Positions 1 through 10,159 of a stretch of DNA of 64,000 nt are shown here, piece after piece. This DNA comes from Eledone cirrhosa (Eukaryota): positions 377,208,001 through 377,272,000 of the forward strand of contig OZ024743.1 of the NCBI GenBank assembly GCA_964016885.1. Direction: 5' to 3'. Numbering within the stretch: the stretch's first letter is position 1; each line of letters opens with the position of its first letter. The translations under genes were made by a program, and so were the position numbers. The notes beneath the pieces were generated by a model. It saw only the letters and a program-made list of their open reading frames with translations. It did no database searches and had not been told where the DNA came from.

Positions 1-2185
1 CCGAGTTGCAGACCGATCGACTTGTCCCGGTTCAGCTTAGCCCCTGTAAACCTTTCGTACTCCTCCAGTAAGGTGCCGATCGCCCCGATTTCCGAGGCTG
101 TCGACACCATTACTGTTACGTCATCGGCGTAGGCTGACACTGCTTTCCGCAATCCCGGTTCCAACGGGATGCCCTGCAACAACTCCAACTTCCGCAGCAG
201 TGACTCTAGAGTCATTACATACAGAAGGGAGGAGAGAGGGCACCCCTGTCGGATGGACCGCGCGATTTCGAACGGCTCCGAGAGGTAGCCGTTCACCTTG
301 ACCCTAGAGCAGATGTGGCTGCTGTGCATGGCATTGATCCAGCCCCTGAAAACGGGTCCGAAGCCTGCCGCCGCTAGCACCGCATCCAGGTAACCATGGT
401 CGACCCTATCGAATGCCTTAGATTGATCCAAGTTGATCAGGGCCCCACCAAAGCCGGGTTCGTTCCCAACCCTCTCTATGATGTATCGCATGCGGTGGAG
501 GTTATCGTGGATGGACCTGCACGGGATAGCACATGTCTGCGCATCTCCCACCAGGTTGCCCACGACAAGCGCCAATCTCTTTGCTAGCACCTTGGCCAAA
601 ATCTGTAACTCTGTATTTAGCAGAGTTATGAGCCTGAAATTATTTATATCGTCCACCTTGTTCTCGTCCTTCCTCACTAGCATGACTACGCCCTTGGTCA
701 CAGCACAGGGAATTCTCCCGTTCTGTTGCCAGTTGCAGTAGACCGCCTCGAGGAGTTCGGGGAACAAGTCCGGCATAGCTAGATATAGTTCGTATGGAAG
801 ACCATCGAGACCCGGGGATTTGCGTTTGCCGCATTGGCTCAGCACGTCCTCTATCTCAGCGGCTGAAATCGGCTCCTCGCAGGACTTCGCCTCCCTGTCC
901 GAGAGACGCGGCAGGCCTTCGAGGTATGGACCGAAGTCCACGTCCCCAACAGGCCCCTCGCTCCTTCCGAACAATCCGGCAAAGTGCTTTTGAAAAGCCT
1001 CGCACATCTGCTTAGGTTCAAGGATCACCCGTCCATCCTGGTCTCGCAAAGACCGGATAGTGGATCTGCTCCCTCTTTTGGCTTCTGTCACGCGGGCCCA
1101 GCTAACAGCTTTGGTCCCTCGTTTCCCAGAGCACGTATTTTGCTTCGGACGATGCAGCCTTCGTGTTTCGCGTCGAAGAACTGGCCCAGGGCCGTTCTCG
1201 ACGCTAGCACTCTGGCCACGTCGCCGCTTCTAATTGCCTCTTCTACACTATCTACCAACTCCCTTTCCTTCCTATTTCTATTGGAGGCTAACTCCTTACT
1301 AAATTCTATAGAGACTACTCTAATCTCTCTTTTGAGAGATCCCCACCACCTGCTGTTGACGATGGCGCCCGTCAACCGCTCCTTAACTAAAGTGCTAATC
1401 CGGTCCCTGTAAGCCTTACTTGCCGGTAAGGACAAGTTGAGCTTCCAGTAACCGGGTCCCTGTCTATGAGTTCTGTCAAGGTTGATCATGCAGGTCACTA
1501 ACTTGTGGTCTGAATAGCCAACCATGCGCATTTTTGGACAACTTAAAAAGTCCTTATCCTTAATTCTAACTAAGAACCTATCTAGGTACGACCTAGATGA
1601 TCCGCTACGATTTGCCCAAGTCCAGGTTGGCGCAGTCGAAAAATCTAGTCGATATCTATCGGCCAGGTCAAATCGACCGATTAACCCTTTGAGGCTATTA
1701 CACCCCTCTCTATCGGGACAGGCCCCTACGTAGTCCCAGCGTGCATCTAGGATACCATTCCAGTCCCCCACTAATAGCAAGGAGCGGGACGTCCCTAGAA
1801 AAGTCTCCAGACGATGGAAGAAGTCCGGCCGCATTGACCCGAAAGGGCCGTAGGCGGCTACCAACCTAAACGCTCCGCCTTTACCACTGCCAAGGTCCAG
1901 AACCACTAGTCGACCCTCCGGGTCCAAATGTACCATCTGTGTTGCGAGACCCAGATGTTTTTGCAGCAGAACGACAACTCCACCCCCACCTCCGGGCTGA
2001 CAGAGAGATGCGTGCATCTCAAAGTCATCAAAGGTGGGGGCCAGCTGTCGCACGTTGCTGATCCGGGCCTCGCAAATAACCATCACATCTATACGTTGTG
2101 ACCTGAGGTCATTTAGAAGCATTGCTTGCTTCCAAGTTGAGCCCAGGCCACGCGCATTTAAACAGCCTACTCTTAGCATAGCCAT
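1..2185 (-). pseudogene. ORF2 (APE endonuclease-reverse transcriptase) of copy 1, frameshifted, partial
   Basis: Starts MAMLRVGCLNARGL and contains LVGDWN, SYLDRF, SDH and GPGYWKLN. A 1-nt deletion at ~1115-1117 (ggtccctcg vs ggtcccctcg in copy 2) shifts the frame. The new frame carries RT motifs including YADD at 131-120. Confidence 0.9.
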
Positions 2186-2209
2186 GTTGGTGGTGAAGAG
2201 AAAAGGCAC

Positions 2210-4006
2210 TTACCTCTCTGCGTCCCGGGTATCGGGCTGCACAATTTCCATTAGGGTGGGGGATGGGTTGTTGGGTGGGGTGGTGGTTTGTGGAAGTGTA
2301 GGGGCATCAGTGTGTTGTGTGGTTGGGGAGCTTGGAGTTGTGTGGGTGTTTGGGGAGGGGGTGGGATAGTTTTTTAGGAGGACGCGGTTAATGGGCCCGA
2401 CACAGGGGGGACCCACGTCCTCTTTAAAATTGTTTTTTAAAGTTTTATAGGTGTCCTGTGGGGCCTTAATCATTTTGAGGTGGGGGAAATCCCCTGCCTG
2501 GGTGAAGTTAGGCCCTTGTGTTTTTATTAGATTGTTGTTGTACACAATGTTTAACAGTTTTTTGTTTCTTGTGTTTATGTATGTGTATGCATGTTTTTGT
2601 TTTTGTGTGGTGTTTTTTGTTTGCTGTTGTTGTGAGCTCTTTTGTGTTGGTGTCAGTGTTATGTTTTAGGGAGGGGTTGTTTTCATTTGTGTGTCTGAGG
2701 TGTGTTTTCTTTTTTTTCTTTTGATTGTGTGGAAGTGCTCCTCCTCGTCTGACGACGAACTAGGGTCATCTTCCGCGTTGGAGGGGAGGGGTATATTTTC
2801 GGGTTGTGTTTGCGGTGCGGGTGTTTTGGAAATTGTTTTTGTTTTTTGAGTGGAGGGGATGGGTTGGACATTGTTTTGTTTTGGTTTGAGCTGTGGTGGT
2901 TGTTTTTGTAGTGGTAGTTGTGGTGATTGTGTTGGTTGTGCAGTTGTTGGTGGTGTAGGCAGGATTGGGGTTTTCTTATTAAGTTGGGGAGACAGCCCTC
3001 AGGTGACCTCTGGTTCCGCAGAGGTAACATGAGGGCCGTCTACCCTCAACGGTAATGTTGATGAAGGTTAGATCATCCAGTATGACGCGTTCAGGGATCT
3101 GGGCGATCCTTTCGGGCCTCATTTGAACTACAAGTTCGAGGCTCGTTCCACTGAACGCGTCACCCGATGCCTTTCCCATGGACACCAGCATGTCATCCTC
3201 CAGGTCCAGGAAACCTGTCAAAACCCACCATATGTCCATAATCGGCAGGATGGTGTGGATTTTTATTTTTTGTGTTCTTCTACCCATGTACGTAGGGTAG
3301 AAGGTGTATGCGGTGGATGTGATTGGTTTGATGGACAGTTTCACTGCTGTGTCCCTGTCCTTCATGAGAATGGATAGACTCCCGTAGAGTCTATCCTTCT
3401 GAATGAAGGTGATGTCCTTCATGACGTCTTTTAAAACCAGCTCTATCTCGCTCTGTGATGGTTGAGCTGGTTTTTTACTTTTGTTCGAGATTGTCCTAAA
3501 CATGACCGTGTTTAGGAGTCTCTGACTTTTTAGTTCCGGGGGGGAATGGATTGTGAATGAACCATTTTCTCCGTACACTATATATTTTTTCGCATCTGCC
3601 AGTAGCTCCTTCGCTTTGGTTATATCTACTGGCAGATAGTCGAGGGTTTTCCTTGTCGTCTCGGCGAAGGAGAAATTTTGTTTGTTTGTGTTGTTGTTGT
3701 CGTTGGTGGTGTTGTTGTTATCATTGTTGTTGTTGTCACCGTTATTGGTCTTGTTGTTGTTGGTGTTGTTTTGTTATTGGTGTTGTTTTCGTCCGTCGCA
3801 TTGTTGTTGTTGTTGCTGTTGCTGGTGCCGCTGGTTCTTTGGGTTGTTGCCATGGCAACGTCAAGTTGTCGGTTAACAGGTGGAGAGAATTCTTCCTCTG
3901 GCTGACCTTTCTTCTTGACCTCTGCTACTGTGACAGTGGCAGGGGGAAGCTGTAAGTTTATCTTCCCCTTTCCTCCTTCGAATTTTGGTGAAGAAGCTTC
4001 GGCCAT
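2210..4006 (-). pseudogene. ORF1 (gag-like nucleic-acid-binding protein) of copy 1, broken by several frameshifts
   Basis: Track fragments 4006-3626, 3578-2979 and 2545-2210 are homologous to copy 2 ORF1 (KDRLYGS, YMGRRTQ, QMRPERIAQIP, EGRRPSCYLCGTRGH, HLKMIK). The last Cys of the CCHC knuckle is lost. Confidence 0.85.
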
Positions 4007-4227
4007 TTAAAAAAATATTGACTTTTCAACAAGAAAAAACTTTTTTTTTTTGTTTAACTATTTCGCCTAAAGGCGTAGACTATTTTGAGAGACTGACCAG
4101 ATTAAAGTTTGACCTGGCAGTCCCTCTACAAAATGGTACAAAAATGAAAGTTCACAGTTTACAATTTCCGGATGAATTTAAACAAAACTTACCGAGCGAG
4201 CTCAGCACATATGTCCATCGTAAAGAG

Positions 4228-4228
<1 letters not shown>

Positions 4229-4312
<84 letters not shown>
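4229..4312. repeat. (GATA)21 microsatellite between the two Tx1 copies
   Basis: Perfect GATA tandem read directly. Confidence 0.98.
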
Positions 4313-4313
<1 letters not shown>

Positions 4314-4320
4314 ATTTCTA

Positions 4321-4326
4321 TTTATT
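4321..4326 (-). promoter_or_regulatory. Polyadenylation signal AATAAA of copy 2
   Basis: AATAAA on the minus strand 8 nt before the element/microsatellite junction. Confidence 0.55.
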
Positions 4327-4456
4327 TGCCACGAGGGCACAACAGAAGGGGACATTTACACAGTGGGGGAGTTTACATAAATCGAGTAAAGAAAAAGGAA
4401 TAACAATAATAATATAACAATAAAAAGTCCTCAAAAGGGAGGGGGCGTGTTGGGGA

Positions 4457-4492
4457 TTGCACATACCCCCGAAAAGTGTGCAACTCTTTTCG
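4457..4492 (-). other. Predicted H-type RNA pseudoknot in the 3'UTR of copy 2
   Basis: Sense RNA CGAAAAG-AG-UUGCACA-CUUUUCG-GGGGUA-UGUGCAA forms two interleaved perfect 7-bp helices. Confidence 0.6.
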
Positions 4493-4543
4493 CAGGGGAA
4501 GCCCAGAGAGGAGGCGCTCCCCCTTTCGTCTTCACTTCTTCAC

Positions 4544-7500
4544 CTACAGAACAATGTAGAGAGAAGGCCCATTTACACGGACCATTCTCGCTTCTTTCAC
4601 CCACCTTTCATAAAACTGTCTGGGGCCAAGCACTTCTCTCTCCATCCTGATTCTTCTTCCGAAGTGGTATCGGAAGAAGTAAACCAGGTGATGGCCGGAG
4701 AGAAAGTCACCCGACCTCAGACCTTTCAGGCGCGTCCACCACACAACCTCTTTCATCATGGCTATTACGCACAGAAAGACCGCCTCTGCTTCATTTCTGA
4801 AGGGAGGAGGCGGCTTGATGTTCACCACAGACTCGGCGGTTAATCGAATCGGCGCCACACGCGACAGCAGTCGTTCGACGTAGCCCCACAGATCGGCAAC
4901 GCCCGGGCAGTGTACCAGTGCATGCGCAACGGTTTCCTCGTCGCGCACGCATCTGGGACAGATCTTTTTCGCGGGATCCCTGCCCGGGCGCCCGTGTCTG
5001 TAGAGCTTTTCTCGAACGGGCAGAGCCCCCCGGTAACACTGCCAGGCTAGGGACCTCTGGAAGTTGTCCATGGGTCCCGGGCCGAAAGTTCTACCGAACA
5101 GGCTGGCCAGTTCGTCCTCCTCCATGCCTAGCGACTCTCCAAGGGTGTCGTCGCCCCTGCTAGCCACCAACCCTCTATAGAATGTCGAGGTGGATTCTCC
5201 ACTGACAGTCGGGTCCGTTTGCCAGATAGCCGTGAGCGCCTGGGCACACTCGGTGTGCCAGTTGCCCAGTTTTCTCGGTCTTTGCTTCACCCAGGATTGC
5301 AGTTCGGTGAGCGAGACGAGCTGTGGGAAGGCTCGCCTCACAAACGGGGCCCACACCGGCTGACCGTTGAGGAATACCTGTAGATGCCGTAGCCTCAATG
5401 CGTGCCTACGCATCAACAGCCACGGCATACCCAGCCCTCCTTTCGAAGGGTGCTGGCAGCAGATGGATCTCCTCACCATGGGAGGCCGCTTCTTCCAGAG
5501 GAACTGGAAGAGCATGCGTTCCATGATGGTGAACTTTTCCTTGGGGCAAGGCACGACGGTCAGGCGGTAGTAGATGACGGACGCTATGTAAGCGTTCGTC
5601 ACCTCCGCCCGACCTTTCAGTGATAGTTTGCACTTGGCCCACTTCTGGGTCAGCGCAAACACCCTGCTCGTCACCTCGCCCCAATTCTTCTCCACCTGGA
5701 GGTCCGGTCCGAACCAGACCCCGAGCAGCTTCACCGGGCCCTCCGTCCACCGCCTGACGACACCGTCTAACGGCATCGGTTTGCCCCTCCACGTTCCGAG
5801 TTGCAAACCGACTGACTTGTCCTGGTTCAGCCTAGCCCCCGTCAGCCTTTCGTATTCCTCCAGTAGGGTGGCGATCGCCCCGATTTCCGAGGCGTCCGCC
5901 ACCATTACTGTTACGTCGTCGGCATAGGCCGAGACCGCTTTGTGCAATCCCGGTTCCAGGGGTATGCCCCACAGCAACTCCAACTTCCGCAGCAGTGGCT
6001 CGAGAGTCAATACGTACAGAAGGGAGGAGAGGGGGCACCCCTGTCTGATGGATCGGGTGATTTGAAACGGCTCCGAGAGGTAGCCGTTTACTTTAATCCT
6101 AGAGTAGATGTTGCCACTGTGCATGGCAGAAATCCAACCCCTGAAAACGGGTCCGAAGCCCGCCGCCGCTAGCACCGCATCCAGGTAACCATGGTCGACC
6201 CTATCGAACGCCTTAGATTGATCCAAGTTGATCAGGGCCCCACCAAAGCCGGGTTCGTTGCCAACCCTCTCTATGATGTATCGCATGAGGTGGAGGTTGT
6301 GAATGGACCTGGACGGGATAGCGCATGTCTGCGCGTCTCCCACCAAACCACCCACCACAAGCGCCAACCTCTTCGCCAACACCTTGGCCAAAATCTGTAA
6401 CTCTGCATTCAGCAGAGTTATGGGCCTAAAGTTACTTAAGTCGTCCCCCTTGCTCTCGTCCTTCCTCACTAGCGTGACCACGCCCTTGGTCACAGAACAG
6501 GGAATTCTCCCGTTCTGTTGCCAGTTGCAATAGACAGCCTCGAGGAGTTCGGAGAACAAGACCGGCATAGCTAAATAAAATTCGTATGGTAGACCATCGA
6601 GACCCGGGGATTTGCGTCTGCTGCATTGGCTGAGCGCTTCCCCGATTTCAGTGGCTGTGATTGGCCTTTCGCAGCAGTCCGCTTCGCCGCTCGAAAGACG
6701 CGGTAGACCGTCGAGGTATGGACCGAAGTCCACATCCCCGACCGGCCCCCCGCCCCCTCCGAACAGTCGAGCAAAGTGCCTTTGAAAGGCCTCGCACATC
6801 CGCTCAGGTTCAAGGATCACCCGTCCATCCTGGTCTCGCAAAGACCGAATGGTGGATTTAATCCCACTCTTGGCTTCTGTCACGCGGGCCCAGCTAACAG
6901 CTTTGGTCCCCTCGTTTCCTAAAGCACGTATTTTACTTCGGACAACGCAGCCTTCGTGCTTCGCGTCAAAGAACTGACTCAACGCCGTTCTCGCCGCTAA
7001 CACTCTGGCTACGTCTCCGCTCCTAATCGCCTCTTCTAGTTTATCTGTTAACTCCCTTTCCTTCCTATTTCTATTCGCCGCTAGTTCCTTACTGTAACCT
7101 ATCGAACTTACTCTAATCTCTCTCTTTAGAGATACCCACCACCTACTGTTGACGATCGCTCCCGTCAACCGCATCTTAACTAAGCTACTAATCCGGTTCC
7201 TGTAATCTTTCTTTGCCGGCAAGGACAAGTTCATCTTCCAGTAACCGGGACCCTGTCTATGCGTTCTATCAAGGTTGACCACGCAGGTCACTAATTTGTG
7301 ATCTGAATAGCCAACCATGATCAATACTGGACAACTAAATACGTCCCTATCCTTACTCCTAACCAAAAACCTATCTAGGTACGATCTAGATTGTCCACTG
7401 CGGTTTGCCCAGGTCCAGGTTGGTGCAGTTGGACAATCTAGTCGAAATCTATCGACCAGGTCGAATCGATCGAGTAACCCCTTGAGGCTGCTACACCCCC

Positions 7501-7975
7501 CTCTATCGGGACATGCCCCTGCATAGTCCCAACGCGCATCTAGGATTCCATTCCAGTCCCCCACTAAAAGCAGGGAACGCGACGTTCCTAGAAAAGTCTC
7601 CAGACGCTGGAAGAAGTCGGCTCTTTCCGCCCCGAAGGGGGCATAAAGACCGACCAGTCTGAAAGCCCCGCCTTCACCGCCTCCGACGTCCAGCACCAGT
7701 AATCGACCCCCCGGGTCCGAGTGAACAATCTGTACGTCGAGAGCCAGACGTTTATCCAGCAGTACGGCACCCCCCCCCCCCCCACCGCCTCCGGGTTGAC
7801 AGAGAGATGCGTGCATCTTAAAGTCATCGAAGGCGGGCGCCAGCTGTCTCACGCTGCTGATCCGACTCTCGCAAACAACCATCACATCTATACTTTGTGA
7901 CCTGAGGTCATTTAGAAGCTTTGCTTGCTTCCAAGCTGAGCCCAGGCCACGCGCGTTCAAACAGCCAACTCTCAA
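4544..7975 (-). CDS. ORF2: APE endonuclease, reverse transcriptase and C-terminal cysteine knuckle (1143 aa; no AUG at the homologous start)
   Basis: APE motifs LNARGL, GDWN, SYLDRF, SDH. RT motifs SPGLDG, NFRPITLLN, DQSKAFD, QGCPLS, YADD, LLGV. C-terminal CPRC...HALVHC. Frame is uninterrupted. Confidence 0.95.
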   Translation of the reverse strand: MRVGCLNARGLGSAWKQAKLLNDLRSQSIDVMVVCESRISSVRQLAPAFDDFKMHASLCQPGGGGGGGGAVLLDKRLALDVQIVHSDPGGRLLVLDVGGGEGGAFRLVGLYAPFGAERADFFQRLETFLGTSRSLLLVGDWNGILDARWDYAGACPDRGGCSSLKGLLDRFDLVDRFRLDCPTAPTWTWANRSGQSRSYLDRFLVRSKDRDVFSCPVLIMVGYSDHKLVTCVVNLDRTHRQGPGYWKMNLSLPAKKDYRNRISSLVKMRLTGAIVNSRWWVSLKREIRVSSIGYSKELAANRNRKERELTDKLEEAIRSGDVARVLAARTALSQFFDAKHEGCVVRSKIRALGNEGTKAVSWARVTEAKSGIKSTIRSLRDQDGRVILEPERMCEAFQRHFARLFGGGGGPVGDVDFGPYLDGLPRLSSGEADCCERPITATEIGEALSQCSRRKSPGLDGLPYEFYLAMPVLFSELLEAVYCNWQQNGRIPCSVTKGVVTLVRKDESKGDDLSNFRPITLLNAELQILAKVLAKRLALVVGGLVGDAQTCAIPSRSIHNLHLMRYIIERVGNEPGFGGALINLDQSKAFDRVDHGYLDAVLAAAGFGPVFRGWISAMHSGNIYSRIKVNGYLSEPFQITRSIRQGCPLSSLLYVLTLEPLLRKLELLWGIPLEPGLHKAVSAYADDVTVMVADASEIGAIATLLEEYERLTGARLNQDKSVGLQLGTWRGKPMPLDGVVRRWTEGPVKLLGVWFGPDLQVEKNWGEVTSRVFALTQKWAKCKLSLKGRAEVTNAYIASVIYYRLTVVPCPKEKFTIMERMLFQFLWKKRPPMVRRSICCQHPSKGGLGMPWLLMRRHALRLRHLQVFLNGQPVWAPFVRRAFPQLVSLTELQSWVKQRPRKLGNWHTECAQALTAIWQTDPTVSGESTSTFYRGLVASRGDDTLGESLGMEEDELASLFGRTFGPGPMDNFQRSLAWQCYRGALPVREKLYRHGRPGRDPAKKICPRCVRDEETVAHALVHCPGVADLWGYVERLLSRVAPIRLTAESVVNIKPPPPFRNEAEAVFLCVIAMMKEVVWWTRLKGLRSGDFLSGHHLVYFFRYHFGRRIRMEREVLGPRQFYERWVKEARMVRVNGPSLYIVL

Positions 7976-7980
7976 TTGAT

Positions 7981-9813
7981 CTATTTTGGTGTTGAAAGTG
8001 AAGAAAGAAAAGCACCTACCTCTCCGGGTTGTGTAATTTCCATGGCATCAGGTGTGTTGGGTGGAGGGATGTTTTGTGGTGGTGTGGGGGTATCCGTGTG
8101 TGGTGGGGTTGGGGTATTTGGAGTTGTGTCAGGGAGAGGGGCGGTTATGGGGAAATCTTTCAAGAGGACGCGATTTAACGGTTTTAAACAGGGGGGGCTC
8201 ACGTCCCGTCTAAATTGTTCTTTTAAGGAACGATAAAGGTCCAGAGGGACCTTTATCATTTTTAAATGGGTGAAGTTCTCTGTTGAGATAAAGTTTGGCC
8301 CTTCGGTCTGCACCATAGGGTTATTGTTTATTAATTTAACCAGTTTTTTGTTTTCTTTATTTATATATGTGTATTGCAACGTCTTTTTTTGTGATGCTGT
8401 CAATGTTTCGGAGAGGGGAGGCGCAGATTTATTTTTGTTTGTTGAGGGTGGGGTGTTTTTGATTGGAGTTGGTGTTTGTGTGTGGGTTATTTGTGGTGTG
8501 CTGGGTGTGTGTTTTCTTTTTTTTCTTTTAACTTGTCTGAAGGCTTCTCCTCCTTCTTCTTCAGAAGTTGGGGGAAACTCTTCAGCGCTAGGTGGGAGGG
8601 ACGTGTTGTGTGGTTGTTTTTTTTTTGCGGGAGGGGTAGATTTGTTACTGTTTTTTTTATTATTTGTTTGGAATGGGTTTTGTGGTGGTGGTGGTGGTGG
8701 TAATGTTTGTGTCGTGCTTGTGGTTGGTGATGGTGATGTTTGTGTTGTGGTTGGTGGTGGTGATTTTTGTGTCGTGCTTGTGTTTGGTGCTGGTGGTGGT
8801 GATGTTTGTGTTGTGTTTGTGGTTGGTGGTGTCTGTATTTTGTTTGCTGTGTGTGGTATTAGTGTATTTTTGGAGGTGGGTGGTGTTGGTGTACTGTTTG
8901 TGGTGGGTGTGGGCAATAGTCCTTTTTGGGGGATACGTTTCGGGCAGTTAGCCTTAACGTGTCCCCTTCCCATGCATAAATAGCATGCTGGTCTTCTCCC
9001 CTCTACAATTATGTCTATTGGGGTAAGGTCATCCAGCCAGATGCGATCCGGGATTTGTGCTATTCTTTCGGGCCTCATTTGGACTAGTATGTCGAGGCCC
9101 ATTCCCAGGAACGCATCTCCAGTTGCCTTCCCCATTGACAGCATTGTGTCTTCGCCCATGTCTATGAAGCCAGCAATAGCCCACCAGAAGTCCATTGTGG
9201 GCAGCATTGTTTTTACTTTTACTCTCTGTGTTCTTCTACCCATGTAGGAGGGATAGAAGCTGTATGTTGTCGATGAGAGTGGGCTTAGGGAAAGCTTCTC
9301 CACCGTTTCCTTGTCTTTTGTTAAGACCGAAATGCTGCCATAGAGTCGGTCCTTTCGTATGAAGAGAATATTCTTCATATAGTCTTTTAGGACCAACTCT
9401 ATTTCCATTTGGCTGGGCTGTGCTGGCTTTCTTGTCTGGTTCAGTATAGTTCTGAAGAGAACTGTGTTCTCTGTTCTTTCTTTCTTGAATTCTGGGGGGG
9501 AGTTAATGGAAAACATTCCGTTCTCCCCCAAAACAATGTGTTTCTTTGCTTCGGCCAGTTTTTCTCTGGCGGAAGTTAGGTCAATTGGTGTGTATGTAAT
9601 GGATTGTTTTGTTTTCTGGGCGAAAGTTGCCCTGTTGTTATTTGTATTATTTTCTGTTTGTTTGTTTTCCGTTTGCTCATTTTCCTTAACATTTGTTTTT
9701 TCATTTTCTTTGTTTGTTTCATTGTCTAATTTTGTTGTAATTATTTTTTGTTCTTCAGACTTGGGGGGCGTGGCAGAGCTAATGGCAGACATGTCTGCCA
9801 TCTTTTCCGCCAT
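7981..9813 (-). CDS. ORF1: gag-like protein with CCHC zinc knuckle and Pro/Thr-rich linker
   Basis: Open frame with first ATG at 9813 (the track starts at TTG 9840). Contains CYLCMGRGHVKANC knuckle and basic KRKKRK patch; homologous to copy 1 ORF1 fragments. Confidence 0.88.
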   Translation of the reverse strand: MAEKMADMSAISSATPPKSEEQKIITTKLDNETNKENEKTNVKENEQTENKQTENNTNNNRATFAQKTKQSITYTPIDLTSAREKLAEAKKHIVLGENGMFSINSPPEFKKERTENTVLFRTILNQTRKPAQPSQMEIELVLKDYMKNILFIRKDRLYGSISVLTKDKETVEKLSLSPLSSTTYSFYPSYMGRRTQRVKVKTMLPTMDFWWAIAGFIDMGEDTMLSMGKATGDAFLGMGLDILVQMRPERIAQIPDRIWLDDLTPIDIIVEGRRPACYLCMGRGHVKANCPKRIPQKGLLPTPTTNSTPTPPTSKNTLIPHTANKIQTPPTTNTTQTSPPPAPNTSTTQKSPPPTTTQTSPSPTTSTTQTLPPPPPPQNPFQTNNKKNSNKSTPPAKKKQPHNTSLPPSAEEFPPTSEEEGGEAFRQVKRKKRKHTPSTPQITHTQTPTPIKNTPPSTNKNKSAPPLSETLTASQKKTLQYTYINKENKKLVKLINNNPMVQTEGPNFISTENFTHLKMIKVPLDLYRSLKEQFRRDVSPPCLKPLNRVLLKDFPITAPLPDTTPNTPTPPHTDTPTPPQNIPPPNTPDAMEITQPGEVGAFLSSLSTPK

Positions 9814-10014
9814 GCTGCCAAGAAAGAAATTTTTCGGCAAAAATAGATATTTATTTTACCCCCTAAAAAGGGGGTAAATGCAAAAATGTTTCCCTAAATA
9901 ACAGGGGTTAGTGTTCCAAATGTGTTGGACTGAAAAATTTATCCGGTACTTACAATAGTAAGGGTAAATCCCGATGGAATAGCGGAGCCGATGTGAAACG
10001 TGTCTTACTCTATC

Positions 10015-10016
<2 letters not shown>

Positions 10017-10095
<79 letters not shown>

Positions 10096-10096
10096 C

Positions 10097-10159
<63 letters not shown>
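10017..10159. repeat. (GATA)~35 microsatellite at the 5' end of copy 2
   Basis: GATA tandem with one GATC interruption near 10096. Confidence 0.98.

Larger units (their letters stand above)
1..4228 (-). mobile_element. Tx1-clade non-LTR retrotransposon, copy 1 (degenerate; 3' part outside window)
   Basis: ORF1 remnants with a zinc-knuckle remnant, followed by an APE endonuclease + RT ORF2 collinear with copy 2. The 5' end abuts (GATA)n at 4229. Confidence 0.92.
4313..10016 (-). mobile_element. Tx1-clade non-LTR retrotransposon, copy 2 (full length, ~5.7 kb)
   Basis: 5'UTR, ORF1 with CCHC knuckle, ORF2 APE-RT-zinc knuckle, and a 3'UTR with AATAAA (plus-strand tttatt 4321-4326). Both ends abut (GATA)n. 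The GPGYWKMN motif after the endonuclease is typical of Tx1/L1-group ORF2. Confidence 0.93.

Noticed and set aside
396-9877. Numerous short plus-strand and alternative-frame ORFs over the Tx1 elements
   Set aside because: Antisense or shifted shadows of ORF1/ORF2 with no independent motifs.
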